Part shown: positions 25,922 to 35,487 of the stretch, in pieces | Position numbering within the stretch: position 1 is the first letter of the stretch | Layout of the letters: each line of letters starts with the position of its first letter | Source: Clostridiales bacterium | GTDB taxonomy: Bacteria; Bacillota; Clostridia; Christensenellales; CAG-138 | NCBI GenBank assembly: GCA_009779405.1 | Contig: WREI01000005.1 | Span: 2,166-66,165 of the forward strand | DNA length: 64,000 bases | Direction of reading: 5' to 3' | Notes under the pieces: generated by a model | What the model saw: the letters and a program-made list of their open reading frames with translations, nothing else | Told to the model about the DNA's origin: nothing | The model's database searches: none | Position numbers and translations under genes: made by a program

Positions 25922-26638
25922 TTATTCCAAATACAACAATCTCCCGCAATTCTCGCACTCGCAGATCTCGTTGCCGGGGCCGAGACGGCGCAACAGATTG
26001 CCGGGGAGGGACATTTTGCAGCCGCCGCATTTATCGCCAAGCACTGTCACCACGGGCGCGGGGAAATATTTGCGGGCCTTGTCATACTTCGCCGCCAGCG
26101 CGGGCGCGACTAAGCTTTTAACTGCCGCGACCGCCGCTTCCGCTTCGGCGACCGCCGCCGCTCCCTGTGCCTTTTCGGTTTCGCAGAGGGCGCGCACCTC
26201 GTCATACTCCTTTTTGATGCGCGCGGCGTTGCGGCGCGTGGCGTTGTATTCCTGCGAAAGCCGCTTCACGCCCGCTGTCGCGGCATGCGCTTCGCGCTCC
26301 AATGCCGCCCATTCCCTGTCAAGGTGTTCGATATCGCGGATAAACTCCGCCATCTCCTCGGCGGTGGTTTCGCTGTCGCCCGTGAGGTTGTCCAGCTCGG
26401 CGCTCTCCATCTGCATGCGCTTGGCCGCCGCGTCCGCCTGCGCCTGCAAGCGCGCCAAGGCCGCTTCTATCTGCGCCAATTCCGCGCTCTGCTTGGCAAT
26501 GTTGTCCTGCATATCTTTCAGCTGCTTATGCAGGCGCGAGAACCTTTTGCGGTTCTCCGTGTTTTTGATGGCTTCTTCCGTATGCTGCAACTGTAAATCA
26601 GCGCTCTGGAAGGCCAGAAAGTCTTTAAGCTGGCTCAT
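25922..26638 (-). CDS. coiled-coil C4 zinc-ribbon protein (COG1579 family)
   Basis: Long coiled coil followed by CGGCKMSL...CECENCGRLLY; follows the Nif3 gene. Confidence 0.8.
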   Translation of the reverse strand: MSQLKDFLAFQSADLQLQHTEEAIKNTENRKRFSRLHKQLKDMQDNIAKQSAELAQIEAALARLQAQADAAAKRMQMESAELDNLTGDSETTAEEMAEFIRDIEHLDREWAALEREAHAATAGVKRLSQEYNATRRNAARIKKEYDEVRALCETEKAQGAAAVAEAEAAVAAVKSLVAPALAAKYDKARKYFPAPVVTVLGDKCGGCKMSLPGNLLRRLGPGNEICECENCGRLLYLE

Positions 26639-26668
26639 GTTGTTCCTCCTCGATTGTCGCGTGCGGGT

Positions 26669-27427
26669 TTACGATTGAAAAACCCGCAACGCCGCGCGGT
26701 CATTCTCACTCAGCATATATTGTACACCATTATCGGCCGCCTGTAAACGCGCAATCAGGGGTTTTAATACCACAGATTCCGTTTCATAGTGTCCACATAC
26801 TGCCAAAGCGATGCCGAGGGCGCGCGCGAAGAGCGCGTCGGAGTGTTTCGCGTCGCCCGTCAGCAAGATATCTGCCCCCGCTGCCGCTGCTTTTTGCAGA
26901 TCGGAAGCGCCGCCGCCACCGACCAGCGCGACCGTTTCGATGCGTTGGCTGAGATCCCCGGCATATAATGGCGTAGCCTGCAAGCGTTCGCGGCAGAGTT
27001 CCAAAAACTCCGAAAGCGTGCATGGCGTTGGCAGCGTCCCCACGCGCCCCAAGTTCTCGGGAGGAAGTGGGCGCAGGTTTTCAAGACCCATGCAGGCCGC
27101 CAGACAGTCGTTCACACCGCCCTGCGCCGCATCGAGGTTCGTGTGCGCGGCAAAGTGCGCGATGCCATGCCGCGCCAGCAAGTATGGCAGATCCCGATGC
27201 GAAAGGCGCGTCAGCGGGTCCTTTATGGACGGGTGGTGCGTGAGAATGAGATCCGCACCCTTCTCCACGGCTTCGGCAATGACGGGCGGCGTGCAATCCA
27301 GCGCGACCAGCACGCGCGCAATCTCCTCCCTCTCCGTGCCGACCAGCAGCCCGATATTGTCCCCTTCCCAAGCCAGCGCGGGCGGGGCGATTGCGTCCAT
27401 CAGGGCGCAGAATTCGTCAATATGCAT
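26669..27427 (-). CDS. Nif3-like dinuclear metal centre protein
   Basis: MHIDEFCALMDAIAPPALAWEGDNIGLLVG; AAGGAGG RBS; start 54 codons inside ORF 26669-27589. Confidence 0.85.
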   Translation of the reverse strand: MHIDEFCALMDAIAPPALAWEGDNIGLLVGTEREEIARVLVALDCTPPVIAEAVEKGADLILTHHPSIKDPLTRLSHRDLPYLLARHGIAHFAAHTNLDAAQGGVNDCLAACMGLENLRPLPPENLGRVGTLPTPCTLSEFLELCRERLQATPLYAGDLSQRIETVALVGGGGASDLQKAAAAGADILLTGDAKHSDALFARALGIALAVCGHYETESVVLKPLIARLQAADNGVQYMLSENDRAALRVFQS

Positions 27428-28098
27428 TCTATCCTCCTTATATCGTCCAATTGTTTGATAAACTTCGCTTCCCCCGCCGTGCCGGTTGCTTCGCGGAGGC
27501 GCCGTTCGGCAAGCACGCGCTGCCGCGCCAACAGTTCGGGCAGCAAGGGCTCCCGTTGCGCAACGGCCATATAGCCCACGGTGTAGCAAGCTTCGGGAAA
27601 GCCCGCAGGCAAGCCCTGCCGCGTTGCGCGCGGCTCGGCTTTGATAATCTGATACAGCCGCCGCCCGTCGCGCACCACGCGGTCGTCCGAGATATGATAG
27701 TTGTTTTCATATAAGAACCGCCGCAAATCCTCCTGCGAGCTCTGGGGCTGCAACACCGCAAAGCGCGCGCCCGCAAGCGGCGGGGTTATAGTCGCAAGCA
27801 GCTTGGCGATCAGCGTGCCGCCCATGCCCATCATGCAAACGGCGTCCGCTTCGCCCGTGCGCAGGGGCGAAAGTCCGTCCCCGACCCGCAATTCCACCCT
27901 GTCCGCCTGCCCCGCCAGCTGCACCAAGCGCCGCGCCTTCATCAGCGAGGGCTCGGAAATATCCACGCCCACGGCCATAGCGCCGCCCTGCGCCAGCGCC
28001 ACGGCAAGCCTGCCGTGGTCACAGCCTATATCGGCAACGGTTTTCGCGCCCGCAAGGAGCGCGAGCGCGGTTGAAAGGCGGGGGGATAGGTGGAGCAT
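27400..28098 (-). CDS. trmK: tRNA (adenine22-N1)-methyltransferase
   Basis: LSPRLSTALALL..VADIGCDHGRLAV SAM motif; trmK-nif3 gene order. Confidence 0.85.
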   Translation of the reverse strand: MLHLSPRLSTALALLAGAKTVADIGCDHGRLAVALAQGGAMAVGVDISEPSLMKARRLVQLAGQADRVELRVGDGLSPLRTGEADAVCMMGMGGTLIAKLLATITPPLAGARFAVLQPQSSQEDLRRFLYENNYHISDDRVVRDGRRLYQIIKAEPRATRQGLPAGFPEACYTVGYMAVAQREPLLPELLARQRVLAERRLREATGTAGEAKFIKQLDDIRRIECILTNSAP

Positions 28099-28133
28099 TT
28101 TGGTTCTCAGTTCTCAAGGGTTGGTATGCGATT

Positions 28134-28143
28134 ATTATAACAG
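28134..28143 (-). promoter_or_regulatory. extended -10 element CTGTTATAAT upstream of trmK
   Basis: Minus strand reads CCCCGAATTCTGTTATAATAATCGC; same TGTTATAAT core as the holB promoter. Confidence 0.5.
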
Positions 28144-28221
28144 AATTCGGGGTGATAGCATAGCGTTGCCATCCCTCTTACCAAACTTTGCATTTTCTAT
28201 TATATTAAATACGTAAAAAAG

Positions 28222-28310
28222 GCCGTCATCGGCGTCACAGCGTCACTGACGCACGGGTTTTGATCGGCACGCAATGACGACGATGACGGCGATGACGGCG
28301 ATGACGACGA
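28222..28310. repeat. imperfect palindromic element, singleton word GATGACGGC/CGTCATCGG
   Basis: L arm GCCGTCATCGGCGTCACAGCGTCACTGACGC; R arm GCAATGACGACGATGACGGCGATGACGGCGATGACGAC; pairing is imperfect. Confidence 0.6.
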
Positions 28311-28341
28311 TTTCTAAGATATATATCTCCAAAGAAGTCAA

Positions 28342-28370
28342 TTGCAATCGCTCCCTACCACTGCTATACT
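28342..28370 (+). promoter_or_regulatory. promoter TTGCAA-17-TATACT (TG-extended), 6 nt before the ATG at 28377; leaderless
   Basis: TTGCAA 28342-28347; TGCTATACT 28362-28370; no room for an SD. Confidence 0.7.
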
Positions 28371-28376
28371 TGCCCC

Positions 28377-28946
28377 ATGAAGAACATCATTTTTCTAAAC
28401 GGCGTGTCCAGCTCGGGTAAATCCACGCTGGCGAAAGCCCTACAGGAAGCGCTGCCGGAACCGTACTGCCTGCTCAGCGTCGACAATTTCCTCAATACCA
28501 TGCATGAGAAATTCCTGAACGCCGAACACTACGCGACGATATTTCGGGCCGTTGGGGTCATGCACCGCACAATCCGGGTCTTCGCAGACGCGGGGCTGCC
28601 TGTGATTGTGGATCATGTGCTGGAGCGGCAGGACTGGCTGACGGAATGCGTAAACCTACTGCACGGATACTCGGTGCTGTTTGTCCGCGTGACCTGCCCG
28701 GTGGAGGAACTGCGGCGCAGGGAAAAGGCGCGCGGCGACCGCGATATTGGGCAGGGCGAGAGCCAGCTGGCGTACCTATGCCCGAAGGATGGCACCTATG
28801 ATATCACGGTGGATACATGCAACAGCTCTATAGAGGAATGCGTGCGCGATATTATGGCACTGTTGGAGGAGCCAAGAAAGCCGAGGGCGTTTGAGACGCT
28901 TTGGGCGCGATACAATGCGCAATGCACGACGCGCAATGCGCAATGA
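28377..28946 (+). CDS. chloramphenicol phosphotransferase-like P-loop kinase
   Basis: FLNGVSSSGKSTLAKAL Walker A; CPT-family-like layout; the last ~10 codons (NAQCTTRNAQ) lie in the arm of a family D element. Confidence 0.7.
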   Translation: MKNIIFLNGVSSSGKSTLAKALQEALPEPYCLLSVDNFLNTMHEKFLNAEHYATIFRAVGVMHRTIRVFADAGLPVIVDHVLERQDWLTECVNLLHGYSVLFVRVTCPVEELRRREKARGDRDIGQGESQLAYLCPKDGTYDITVDTCNSSIEECVRDIMALLEEPRKPRAFETLWARYNAQCTTRNAQ

Positions 28947-29022
28947 AGCGCCCGCTCAATCAAGGAGATGCCGACGGCATCTCTACAACCATTGCGCGTT
29001 GAACATTGCACATTGAACATTG
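28913..29022. repeat. composite palindromic element, family D (CAATGCG/CAATGTT/CAACGCG words)
   Basis: L arm 28913-28945; inner hairpin GAGATGCCGACGGCATCTC 28965-28983 followed by TAC; R arm 28990-29022. Confidence 0.85.
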
Positions 29023-29044
29023 ACGCAGAATATGCCCCTGGCAA

Positions 29045-29073
29045 TTGCAATCGCCCCCTATAACTGTTATACT
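29045..29073 (+). promoter_or_regulatory. promoter TTGCAA-17-TATACT (TG-extended), 7 nt before the ATG at 29081; leaderless
   Basis: About 37 of 44 positions identical to the promoter at 28339-28379 by hand alignment. Confidence 0.7.
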
Positions 29074-29080
29074 CTCCACC

Positions 29081-29725
29081 ATGAAAGCAAAACATATCAT
29101 TTGGGACTGGAACGGAACCTTAATCGAGGACACCTGGCTGAGCCGCGAGATCGCCAACGCCATGCTGGCCGAGCGAGGGTTGCCGGAATTTACTTGTGAC
29201 GCGGACTATCGCGAGACTTTCTGCTTTCCGGTGGTGGAATATTACTACCGCCGGGGCTATACCTTTGAGGACGAGAGTTTCGACGAGGTATCGGACGACT
29301 ATGTACTGCGCTATGAGGCCAATTGGCCGCGCTGCCGCCTGCGCCCCGGCACGATCGCCGCGCTGCAAACGGCGCGCAAGGCCGGACTGCGCCAGAGCGT
29401 GCTTTCGGCCACGCGCTTGGGGAGATTGACCCCGCAACTGCAATATTTCGGGGTCTGGCGCTATATGGAGCGCGTGCTTGGACTGACCGATGATTTGGCG
29501 GGCAGCAAGGCGCATCTGGCCGTGCAGTATTTTGCCGAAGCGGGCCTGAAGCCCGAGGACGTGGTCTTTATCGGCGACACCGACCACGACTTCGCCGTCG
29601 CGCAGCGGGTCGGCAGCCAGTGCATCCTGCTGGCGGACGGGCATCAGGACGAAAAAGTGCTGAAAAAATGCGGCGCGCCCGTATTTGAAACCCCCTTGCA
29701 AGCTGTGGAATATATCCTTTCATGA
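29081..29725 (+). CDS. HAD-superfamily hydrolase (phosphoglycolate phosphatase-like)
   Basis: IIWDWNGTL (DxDGT-like motif I variant), FIGDTDHD motif IV. Confidence 0.7.
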   Translation: MKAKHIIWDWNGTLIEDTWLSREIANAMLAERGLPEFTCDADYRETFCFPVVEYYYRRGYTFEDESFDEVSDDYVLRYEANWPRCRLRPGTIAALQTARKAGLRQSVLSATRLGRLTPQLQYFGVWRYMERVLGLTDDLAGSKAHLAVQYFAEAGLKPEDVVFIGDTDHDFAVAQRVGSQCILLADGHQDEKVLKKCGAPVFETPLQAVEYILS

Positions 29726-30561
29726 TCCTGTTTGAGAACGTCACATATGAATACCCGGAGACCACCCGCCCCGCCCTGCGGGAGATTTCGCTTGCGCTGG
29801 ATACGGCGGCGTTTACCGCCGTCGTGGGGCATAACGGCAGCGGCAAGAGCACCTTTGCCAAGTTGGTGAACGGTCTGCTCCTGCCCACAAGCGGAACGGT
29901 TACGGTGAACGGGCTGGCGACGGCAGAGGAAAAGAACCTGCTCGATATACGCCGCGGCGTGGGCATGGTCTTCCAAAACCCCGACAACCAGTTTGTCACG
30001 ACGATTGTGGAGGAGGATGTGGCCTTCGGCCCCGAGAATCTCGGCGTACCGACGGAGGAAATACGCGAGCGCGTGGACGAGGCCCTGGCCACAGTGGGAC
30101 TGTCGGACTATGCCCGCCACGCGGCGCACAAGCTCTCGGGCGGGCAGAAACAGCGTGTCGCCGTCGCGGGGATGCTGGCCATGCGCCCCCAACTGATGGT
30201 GCTGGACGAGGCCAGCGCCATGCTCGACCCGCGCGGGCGGCAGGAACTCCTCGGGACCGCGCACAAGCTGCATGCGGGCGGCATGGGCATCCTGATGATC
30301 ACCCAATATATGGAGGAAACCGTCGACTGCGACCGCCTGATCGCCCTCCAAAACGGCGAGGTCGCCTTCGACGGCAAGCCCGGCGGCTTCTTCCGCGACG
30401 GCGATTTCGTCCGCTCCATAGGTCTCGAAACCCCCGAAGCCGTCTATATCCGCGACGCGTTGCGGCGGAATGGCGCGGCGATTGCGGGGAAGGCGTTGAC
30501 CTTGGAGGAGTTGGCGGAGGAAGTTTGCGCGCTGCGCGCGCAGTTAAGAGTGAATAGTTAA
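29722..30561 (+). CDS. ecfA1: ECF transporter ATPase component EcfA1
   Basis: GHNGSGKST Walker A; LSGGQKQRVAVAG signature; ecfA1-ecfA2-ecfT-truA gene order. Confidence 0.9.
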   Translation: MILFENVTYEYPETTRPALREISLALDTAAFTAVVGHNGSGKSTFAKLVNGLLLPTSGTVTVNGLATAEEKNLLDIRRGVGMVFQNPDNQFVTTIVEEDVAFGPENLGVPTEEIRERVDEALATVGLSDYARHAAHKLSGGQKQRVAVAGMLAMRPQLMVLDEASAMLDPRGRQELLGTAHKLHAGGMGILMITQYMEETVDCDRLIALQNGEVAFDGKPGGFFRDGDFVRSIGLETPEAVYIRDALRRNGAAIAGKALTLEELAEEVCALRAQLRVNS

Positions 30562-30677
30562 GAGTTGCGGTAAAAAACAGCAAGCTGTTTTTATTGAAGC
30601 TTTAATATCGGAAATTTCGCAGAAATTTCCCAACCGTGCTGATGTATCGGCACGGTGCAACTCTTCACTATTCACTC
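30543..30677. repeat. composite palindromic element, family A (three inner hairpins)
   Basis: L arm 30543-30570 contains the ecfA1 stop; hairpins 30573-30592, 30610-30630, 30633-30656; R arm 30657-30677. Confidence 0.85.
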
Positions 30678-30704
30678 GTCAAAAGTAAGAAACGGAAAAC
30701 AAGC

Positions 30705-31559
30705 ATGCTCCAAATCAAGACGACCAACCTAACCCACACCTACACCACCGGCTCCAACGAGGCGGTGCTTGCCGTGAACGGCGTCAGTTTTTCAGTTGTG
30801 GAGGGCGAATTTGTCGGGATCATCGGGCATACGGGCAGCGGGAAGACGACGCTGGTGCAGCATCTGAACGGATTGCTGGCGCCCACATCGGGCAAGGTGT
30901 TTGTGGGCGATTATGATATGTCCGAGAAGAAGCAGCGCGTCCGCGCGCGCAAGCTGGTCGGGATGGTGTTTCAGTATCCCGAATATCAGTTGTTTGCGGA
31001 TACGGTGATTTCGGACGTGAAGTTTGGGTTGAAGCAGGATAAACTGCCCGAGGAGGAGCAGAATAGGCGGGCGCGGGAAGCGCTGGCGCTCGTGGGGCTG
31101 GATCCAGACCTGTTTGCGGAAAAGAGCCCCTTCGACCTCTCGGGCGGCGAGAAGCGCCGCGCGGCGCTGGCGGGCGTGCTGGTCATGCGGCCCCGCTTTT
31201 TGGTGTTGGATGAGCCGATGGCCGGCTTGGATCCGCGCGGGCGCAAGGAGATCCTGCATGTGCTGGAAAAACTGCGGGCGGACACGGGTTGCGCGATCCT
31301 GATGATCTCCCATTCGATGGACGACGTGGCCCGCTTTGCCACGCGCATACTGGTCATGGACAAGGGCCGCCTGGTGATGGACGATACGCCGCAGGCCGTC
31401 TTTGCCCGCGAGACGGAGCTGTCGGCCATCGGCCTGTCCCTGCCCTATTCCGCCGTGTTCTGCCGCCTGTTGCGCCAGCGCGGCATGGATGCCCCGAACG
31501 ATATTTGCACGACCCGCGCCCTGCTTGCGTGGCTGAAAGGAGAATTGTCCCATGCCTGA
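30705..31559 (+). CDS. ecfA2: ECF transporter ATPase component EcfA2
   Basis: GHTGSGKTT Walker A; LSGGEKRRAALAG; start 23 codons inside ORF 30636-31559. Confidence 0.9.
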   Translation: MLQIKTTNLTHTYTTGSNEAVLAVNGVSFSVVEGEFVGIIGHTGSGKTTLVQHLNGLLAPTSGKVFVGDYDMSEKKQRVRARKLVGMVFQYPEYQLFADTVISDVKFGLKQDKLPEEEQNRRAREALALVGLDPDLFAEKSPFDLSGGEKRRAALAGVLVMRPRFLVLDEPMAGLDPRGRKEILHVLEKLRADTGCAILMISHSMDDVARFATRILVMDKGRLVMDDTPQAVFARETELSAIGLSLPYSAVFCRLLRQRGMDAPNDICTTRALLAWLKGELSHA

Positions 31560-32373
31560 TATCACGCTGGGGCAATTCGTCCCGAAAGATTCCTGCATCC
31601 ACAGATTGGATCCGCGTACCAAGATCGTCGGCATGATACTCTATATCACCGCCGTCCTGCTCGTGAAATCCCTGCTCTGGGCGCTGGCCGTCCCCGCCGC
31701 GTTTGTGATCCTCGTGACCCTGCTTGCGAAAATCCCCATCGGCTATCTGTGGAAGGCGATCAAGCCCCTGCGCGTGGTGCTCTTGATGATGTTCGTGCTG
31801 CAAGTGCTGATGGTGCACGGCCCGGAGGATACCGTTTGGTTTGAATGGTGGAAGATCATCATCACAAAGGAGAGCGTGATCAACGCCTCGTTCCTCTCCC
31901 TGCGCCTGGTATTGTTGGTGACGGGCACTTCGCTGATGACCCTCACCACCTCGCCGCTGGCGCTGACGGATGGGCTCGAGCGCATGATGGCGCCGCTGAA
32001 AAAAGTGAAATTCCCCGCGCACGAACTGGCACTGATGATGAGCATCGCCCTGCGCATGATCCCCGTGCTGATGGAGGAGACGGAGCGCGTCCGCAAGGCC
32101 CAGCTCTCTCGCGGCGCGGATTTTGAGAGCGGCAACATCCTCAAGCGCGCGAAGGCGATGATCCCCATATTGATCCCACTCTTTGTCTCCGCCTTCCGCC
32201 GCGCCGATGAATTGGCCATGGCCATGGAGAGCCGCTGCTATCACGGCGGCGAGGGCCGCACCAAGCTGCATGTACTGCGCTATGCCTGGGCCGACCTCGT
32301 GGCTGTGATAATTCTGCTGATGCCGATCGCGGCGGCCATACTCTTCGAATATTTCTTCGGTGTAAAAGTATAA
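31552..32373 (+). CDS. ecfT: ECF transporter transmembrane component EcfT
   Basis: CbiQ-like TM protein; RLDPRTKI motif; overlaps the ecfA2 stop. Confidence 0.85.
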   Translation: MPDITLGQFVPKDSCIHRLDPRTKIVGMILYITAVLLVKSLLWALAVPAAFVILVTLLAKIPIGYLWKAIKPLRVVLLMMFVLQVLMVHGPEDTVWFEWWKIIITKESVINASFLSLRLVLLVTGTSLMTLTTSPLALTDGLERMMAPLKKVKFPAHELALMMSIALRMIPVLMEETERVRKAQLSRGADFESGNILKRAKAMIPILIPLFVSAFRRADELAMAMESRCYHGGEGRTKLHVLRYAWADLVAVIILLMPIAAAILFEYFFGVKV

Positions 32374-33119
32374 TGCGCCGCATACGTCTGATTATCGAAT
32401 ACGACGGGATAAACTATGTCGGCTGGCAAACCCAACCGAACGGCGTTGCCATACAGGAAAAGATCGAGCAGGCCATCCTGCACATCACGGGCCAACATGT
32501 GGCCCTGCACGGCTCGGGCCGCACCGACAGCGGCGTGCACGCGCGCGCGCAGGTCGCGCACTTCGATACGGATGCGCGTATGGACGCCGGGAAATTCGCC
32601 GTCGCGCTGAATACCCGCCTGCCATCCGATATCCGCATCCTTTTTTCGGAGGAATGCGCGTCGGATTTCCATGCCCGCTTTTCGGCAAAGGAAAAGCAGT
32701 ACCGCTATACCCTGCAAATCGGCGAGCATGCGCGCGTGGAGACCCGCAACACCGCCCTGCACCTGCACAGCGCGCCCGACTTCGCGAAAATGCAGCGCGC
32801 GGCGCAATCCATAATCGGAACGCACGATTTCGCGGCCTTTATGGCAGCAGGTTCGAAGGTGGAAAACACCACGCGCAGCATCTACGCATCCGAATGGACG
32901 CAAATAGACAACTATTGGTACTACAACGTGCGCGGCAGCGGCTTCCTATATAATATGGTGCGCATCCTGGTCGGCACCATGCTCGACATAGGCCGCGGCT
33001 ATCTGCCCGAAAACGCCATGGAAACGGCCCTCGCAACCCGAAACCGCAACAACGCGGGCGCAACCGCCCCCGCGCACGGGCTCTGTTTGATGCGGGTGGT
33101 TTATGATAGTGAAGAGTGA
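32373..33119 (+). CDS. truA: tRNA pseudouridine(38-40) synthase
   Basis: IEYDGINYVGWQ..GSGRTDSGVHA catalytic Asp motif. Confidence 0.95.
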   Translation: MRRIRLIIEYDGINYVGWQTQPNGVAIQEKIEQAILHITGQHVALHGSGRTDSGVHARAQVAHFDTDARMDAGKFAVALNTRLPSDIRILFSEECASDFHARFSAKEKQYRYTLQIGEHARVETRNTALHLHSAPDFAKMQRAAQSIIGTHDFAAFMAAGSKVENTTRSIYASEWTQIDNYWYYNVRGSGFLYNMVRILVGTMLDIGRGYLPENAMETALATRNRNNAGATAPAHGLCLMRVVYDSEE

Positions 33120-33125
33120 AGAGTT
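33108..33125. repeat. solo family A arm (AGTGAAGAGTGAAGAGTT) with no partner arm
   Basis: Covers the last truA codons and the stop; no complementary arm within 150 nt. Confidence 0.5.
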
Positions 33126-33242
33126 CTCGTAAAGCATGCGGCGTTTTTATGAATTATTTGTAATATCTGTCATAGCCCTGTGGTGAAACGGGCAAGTATG
33201 GTGTATGATGTTTCATACCCATTTTTATTTTGGAGCAAAGCT

Positions 33243-35357
33243 ATGAACGAGCATTTTGAAGATAAAACGGCCGAACTTTCGGAAACAACCGAAACGGTCG
33301 AAACAACCGAAACCGTGGAAAGCGCCGAAACGACCGAAACAGTCGAAACGGCGGAAACAGCGGAAACGATAGAAGCGCCCGAGACCGCGGCGCCTGCCGA
33401 ATCGTTCTTTTCCGAGGAAGACGCGATGTTTGAGCGCGCCCCGGGTGCGGCATTTTTTGCCGCGGGCGGGGAATGGATCATGGAATCCGCCGAGCCCAAG
33501 CCCCCCGCCTTTGATGCGGAGTTCAGCGAGGAGCTTGCGTTTGAGGAGGAGGATGCCCCCGTGCCCAAGCCGCGCAAGCAAAAGCGCAAAAAGCGCTCGG
33601 CCTATTCCGCGCGCCGCCGCCGCGCCGCGTTTTTGTGGATCAGCATCGCGGCGGTCTTCGTCCTCGTGACGGGCGTCTTCACCGGGCAATATGTGGGCGC
33701 CATGATCGCGAATCCGCAGAATCAATTCGTGGTTGAGGCCGACACTCCCGCGCCCGCGCCCGCGCCCCCCGACAGCAGCGCGCCAAGCGCAACCCTGAAC
33801 CCGGACGGCACCACCCCCGCGCCGACGCCCGACCCGATGGATGCGCTCCTGTCCATCAGCGATGACAGCATACGCAGCGGCGATATCGTCAACATCATGC
33901 TGATCGGCGTGGACTATGAGGACATACGCACCACCTCCGGTTGGGGCGGCAAGAGCGGCAACTCCTTCCACTCCGATGTGATGATGGTATTGGCCTGTAA
34001 TTTCAAGGAAAACCGCGTCGATATCATCAGCATACCCCGCGATTCCTATGTGAAGATACCCGGCGTGGGCGGCATTTATAAGGCCAACGCCTCCCTGAAC
34101 TGCGCGAAGGATTCCGAGGGAAACTACGGATACTTCGCCAAGGACGGCTCGGGCTTCCGCAAGGTCTGCGATATGGCCGAGTGGATGCTGGGCGGCGCGG
34201 CGAAGATCGATTACTATTATGCCGTCAACTTCGGCTCCGTCAAGCAGATCGTCGACCTGTTGGGCGGCGTATATTATGACCTCGAAGGCAATTTCGACAA
34301 CGGCGGCCGCCGCTATTATAAGGGTCCCCAGCTGATGGACGGCCAGGCGGTGCTCGACTATATGCGCGTGCGCAAGGGCGGACACGGCAACCTGCCCACG
34401 GGCGACGAGAACCGCACCGCGCGCCAGCGCAAGATGATGGTCGCCATCTTAGAGCAGCTGAAGCAGTCGGGCAATATCTTCAAGATTCCGCAGATGATCA
34501 AATCCTTTGAAGGTGACTTTTTCACCAACTGCACGGTGGAGCAGACCGCGAGCCTGCTGCTCTTTGCCTATAACCTGCGCGAGCAGGACATAGGTCTCTA
34601 TTCCATGGGCGGCAGCATGCGCACGATCTTCCACTGGAATTTCTGTATGACCAACCAAAAGAACCGCGTGAGCATCATCAAAAAGGTCTATGGCGTGGAG
34701 GTGCAGCAGCGCAATGCCTACTCCAACGCGGGCGCGGAGCGCACCTGGGGCGAGATGCTCTATCCGGTCTATATGAAGAATGCGGATAAGATCCTCAAAT
34801 ATGTCGACGACCTGATGGCAAAGGACAATTTGCTGCCCGAGTTCACCTCATCGCCGACGCCGACGGTGACGCCGACGCTCTCCCCCACGCCGACGCCCAG
34901 TCCTACGCCGACGCCCACGCGCACACCGACGCCGACCTTTACGCCCACACCCACCAATACCCCGGATACGGGGGATTCGTCGGGCGTAATATTCGCGTAC
35001 AAGGCCCCCATGTTCGGCGGCGGCATACTTTACGCGGGCGCCACGGCGGAGCCCACGCGCCAGTATACGGCCAAGCAGCGCCAGGAACTGAAAGAATTGC
35101 ATGATTTTGTGGATAAGATGAAGCAGTGGCACAAGAAGGGCAACGCGCAGGCCTATGACCTCTCGAACCTGTTGGAACTGCAAAACCGCATCATCGCGAT
35201 TGCGAAGGAATACGACTGGACGGAAAAATCCAGCGGCAACAGTTCGCGCATCCTGCTGCCCAGCAGCCCCACGGACACCGCAAAGAACAATTCCGCCTGG
35301 TCTCTCATCTATTGGCAGGACAAAAAGGTGAATGATTTTATTGTAAACTTTAATTAA
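33243..35357 (+). CDS. LytR-CpsA-Psr (LCP) family protein with acidic TETVE repeats, TM, Pro/Thr linker and a C-terminal extra domain
   Basis: IVNIMLIGVD..SDVMMVLA..ISIPRDSYV LCP motifs; GGAG RBS. Confidence 0.85.
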   Translation: MNEHFEDKTAELSETTETVETTETVESAETTETVETAETAETIEAPETAAPAESFFSEEDAMFERAPGAAFFAAGGEWIMESAEPKPPAFDAEFSEELAFEEEDAPVPKPRKQKRKKRSAYSARRRRAAFLWISIAAVFVLVTGVFTGQYVGAMIANPQNQFVVEADTPAPAPAPPDSSAPSATLNPDGTTPAPTPDPMDALLSISDDSIRSGDIVNIMLIGVDYEDIRTTSGWGGKSGNSFHSDVMMVLACNFKENRVDIISIPRDSYVKIPGVGGIYKANASLNCAKDSEGNYGYFAKDGSGFRKVCDMAEWMLGGAAKIDYYYAVNFGSVKQIVDLLGGVYYDLEGNFDNGGRRYYKGPQLMDGQAVLDYMRVRKGGHGNLPTGDENRTARQRKMMVAILEQLKQSGNIFKIPQMIKSFEGDFFTNCTVEQTASLLLFAYNLREQDIGLYSMGGSMRTIFHWNFCMTNQKNRVSIIKKVYGVEVQQRNAYSNAGAERTWGEMLYPVYMKNADKILKYVDDLMAKDNLLPEFTSSPTPTVTPTLSPTPTPSPTPTPTRTPTPTFTPTPTNTPDTGDSSGVIFAYKAPMFGGGILYAGATAEPTRQYTAKQRQELKELHDFVDKMKQWHKKGNAQAYDLSNLLELQNRIIAIAKEYDWTEKSSGNSSRILLPSSPTDTAKNNSAWSLIYWQDKKVNDFIVNFN

Positions 35358-35478
35358 GTGGAAAGAGACACCTTTCAGCTTTCATAGAAAGCTGAAAGGG
35401 AGGAAAGAGGAAAGTTAGAGTGAGCAATGAACATGGAAATGCCTTAACTTTCCTCTTTCATCTTTCCACTTTCCTCTC
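35358..35478 (+). repeat. composite palindromic element, family B, core forward, with extra hairpin 35371-35399
   Basis: Core GTTAGAGTGAGCAATGAACATGGAAATGCCTTAAC; R arm CTTAACTTTCCTCTTTCATCTTTCCACTTTCCTCTC. Confidence 0.85.
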
Positions 35479-35487
35479 TGCTAAGTT

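Noticed and set aside
33285-33375. GAAACN tandem repeats that looked like another intergenic repeat.
   Set aside because: They lie in frame within the LCP gene and encode the acidic TETVE(T/S)AE repeats of its N-terminal tail, so they are a coding low-complexity region.
34850-34965. Pro/Thr-coding CCGACGCC-type repeats (also 13255-13330, 17320-17440, 18440-18530) as possible repeat elements.
   Set aside because: They are in frame and encode PTPTP-type interdomain linkers of surface proteins, with no inverted-repeat structure.
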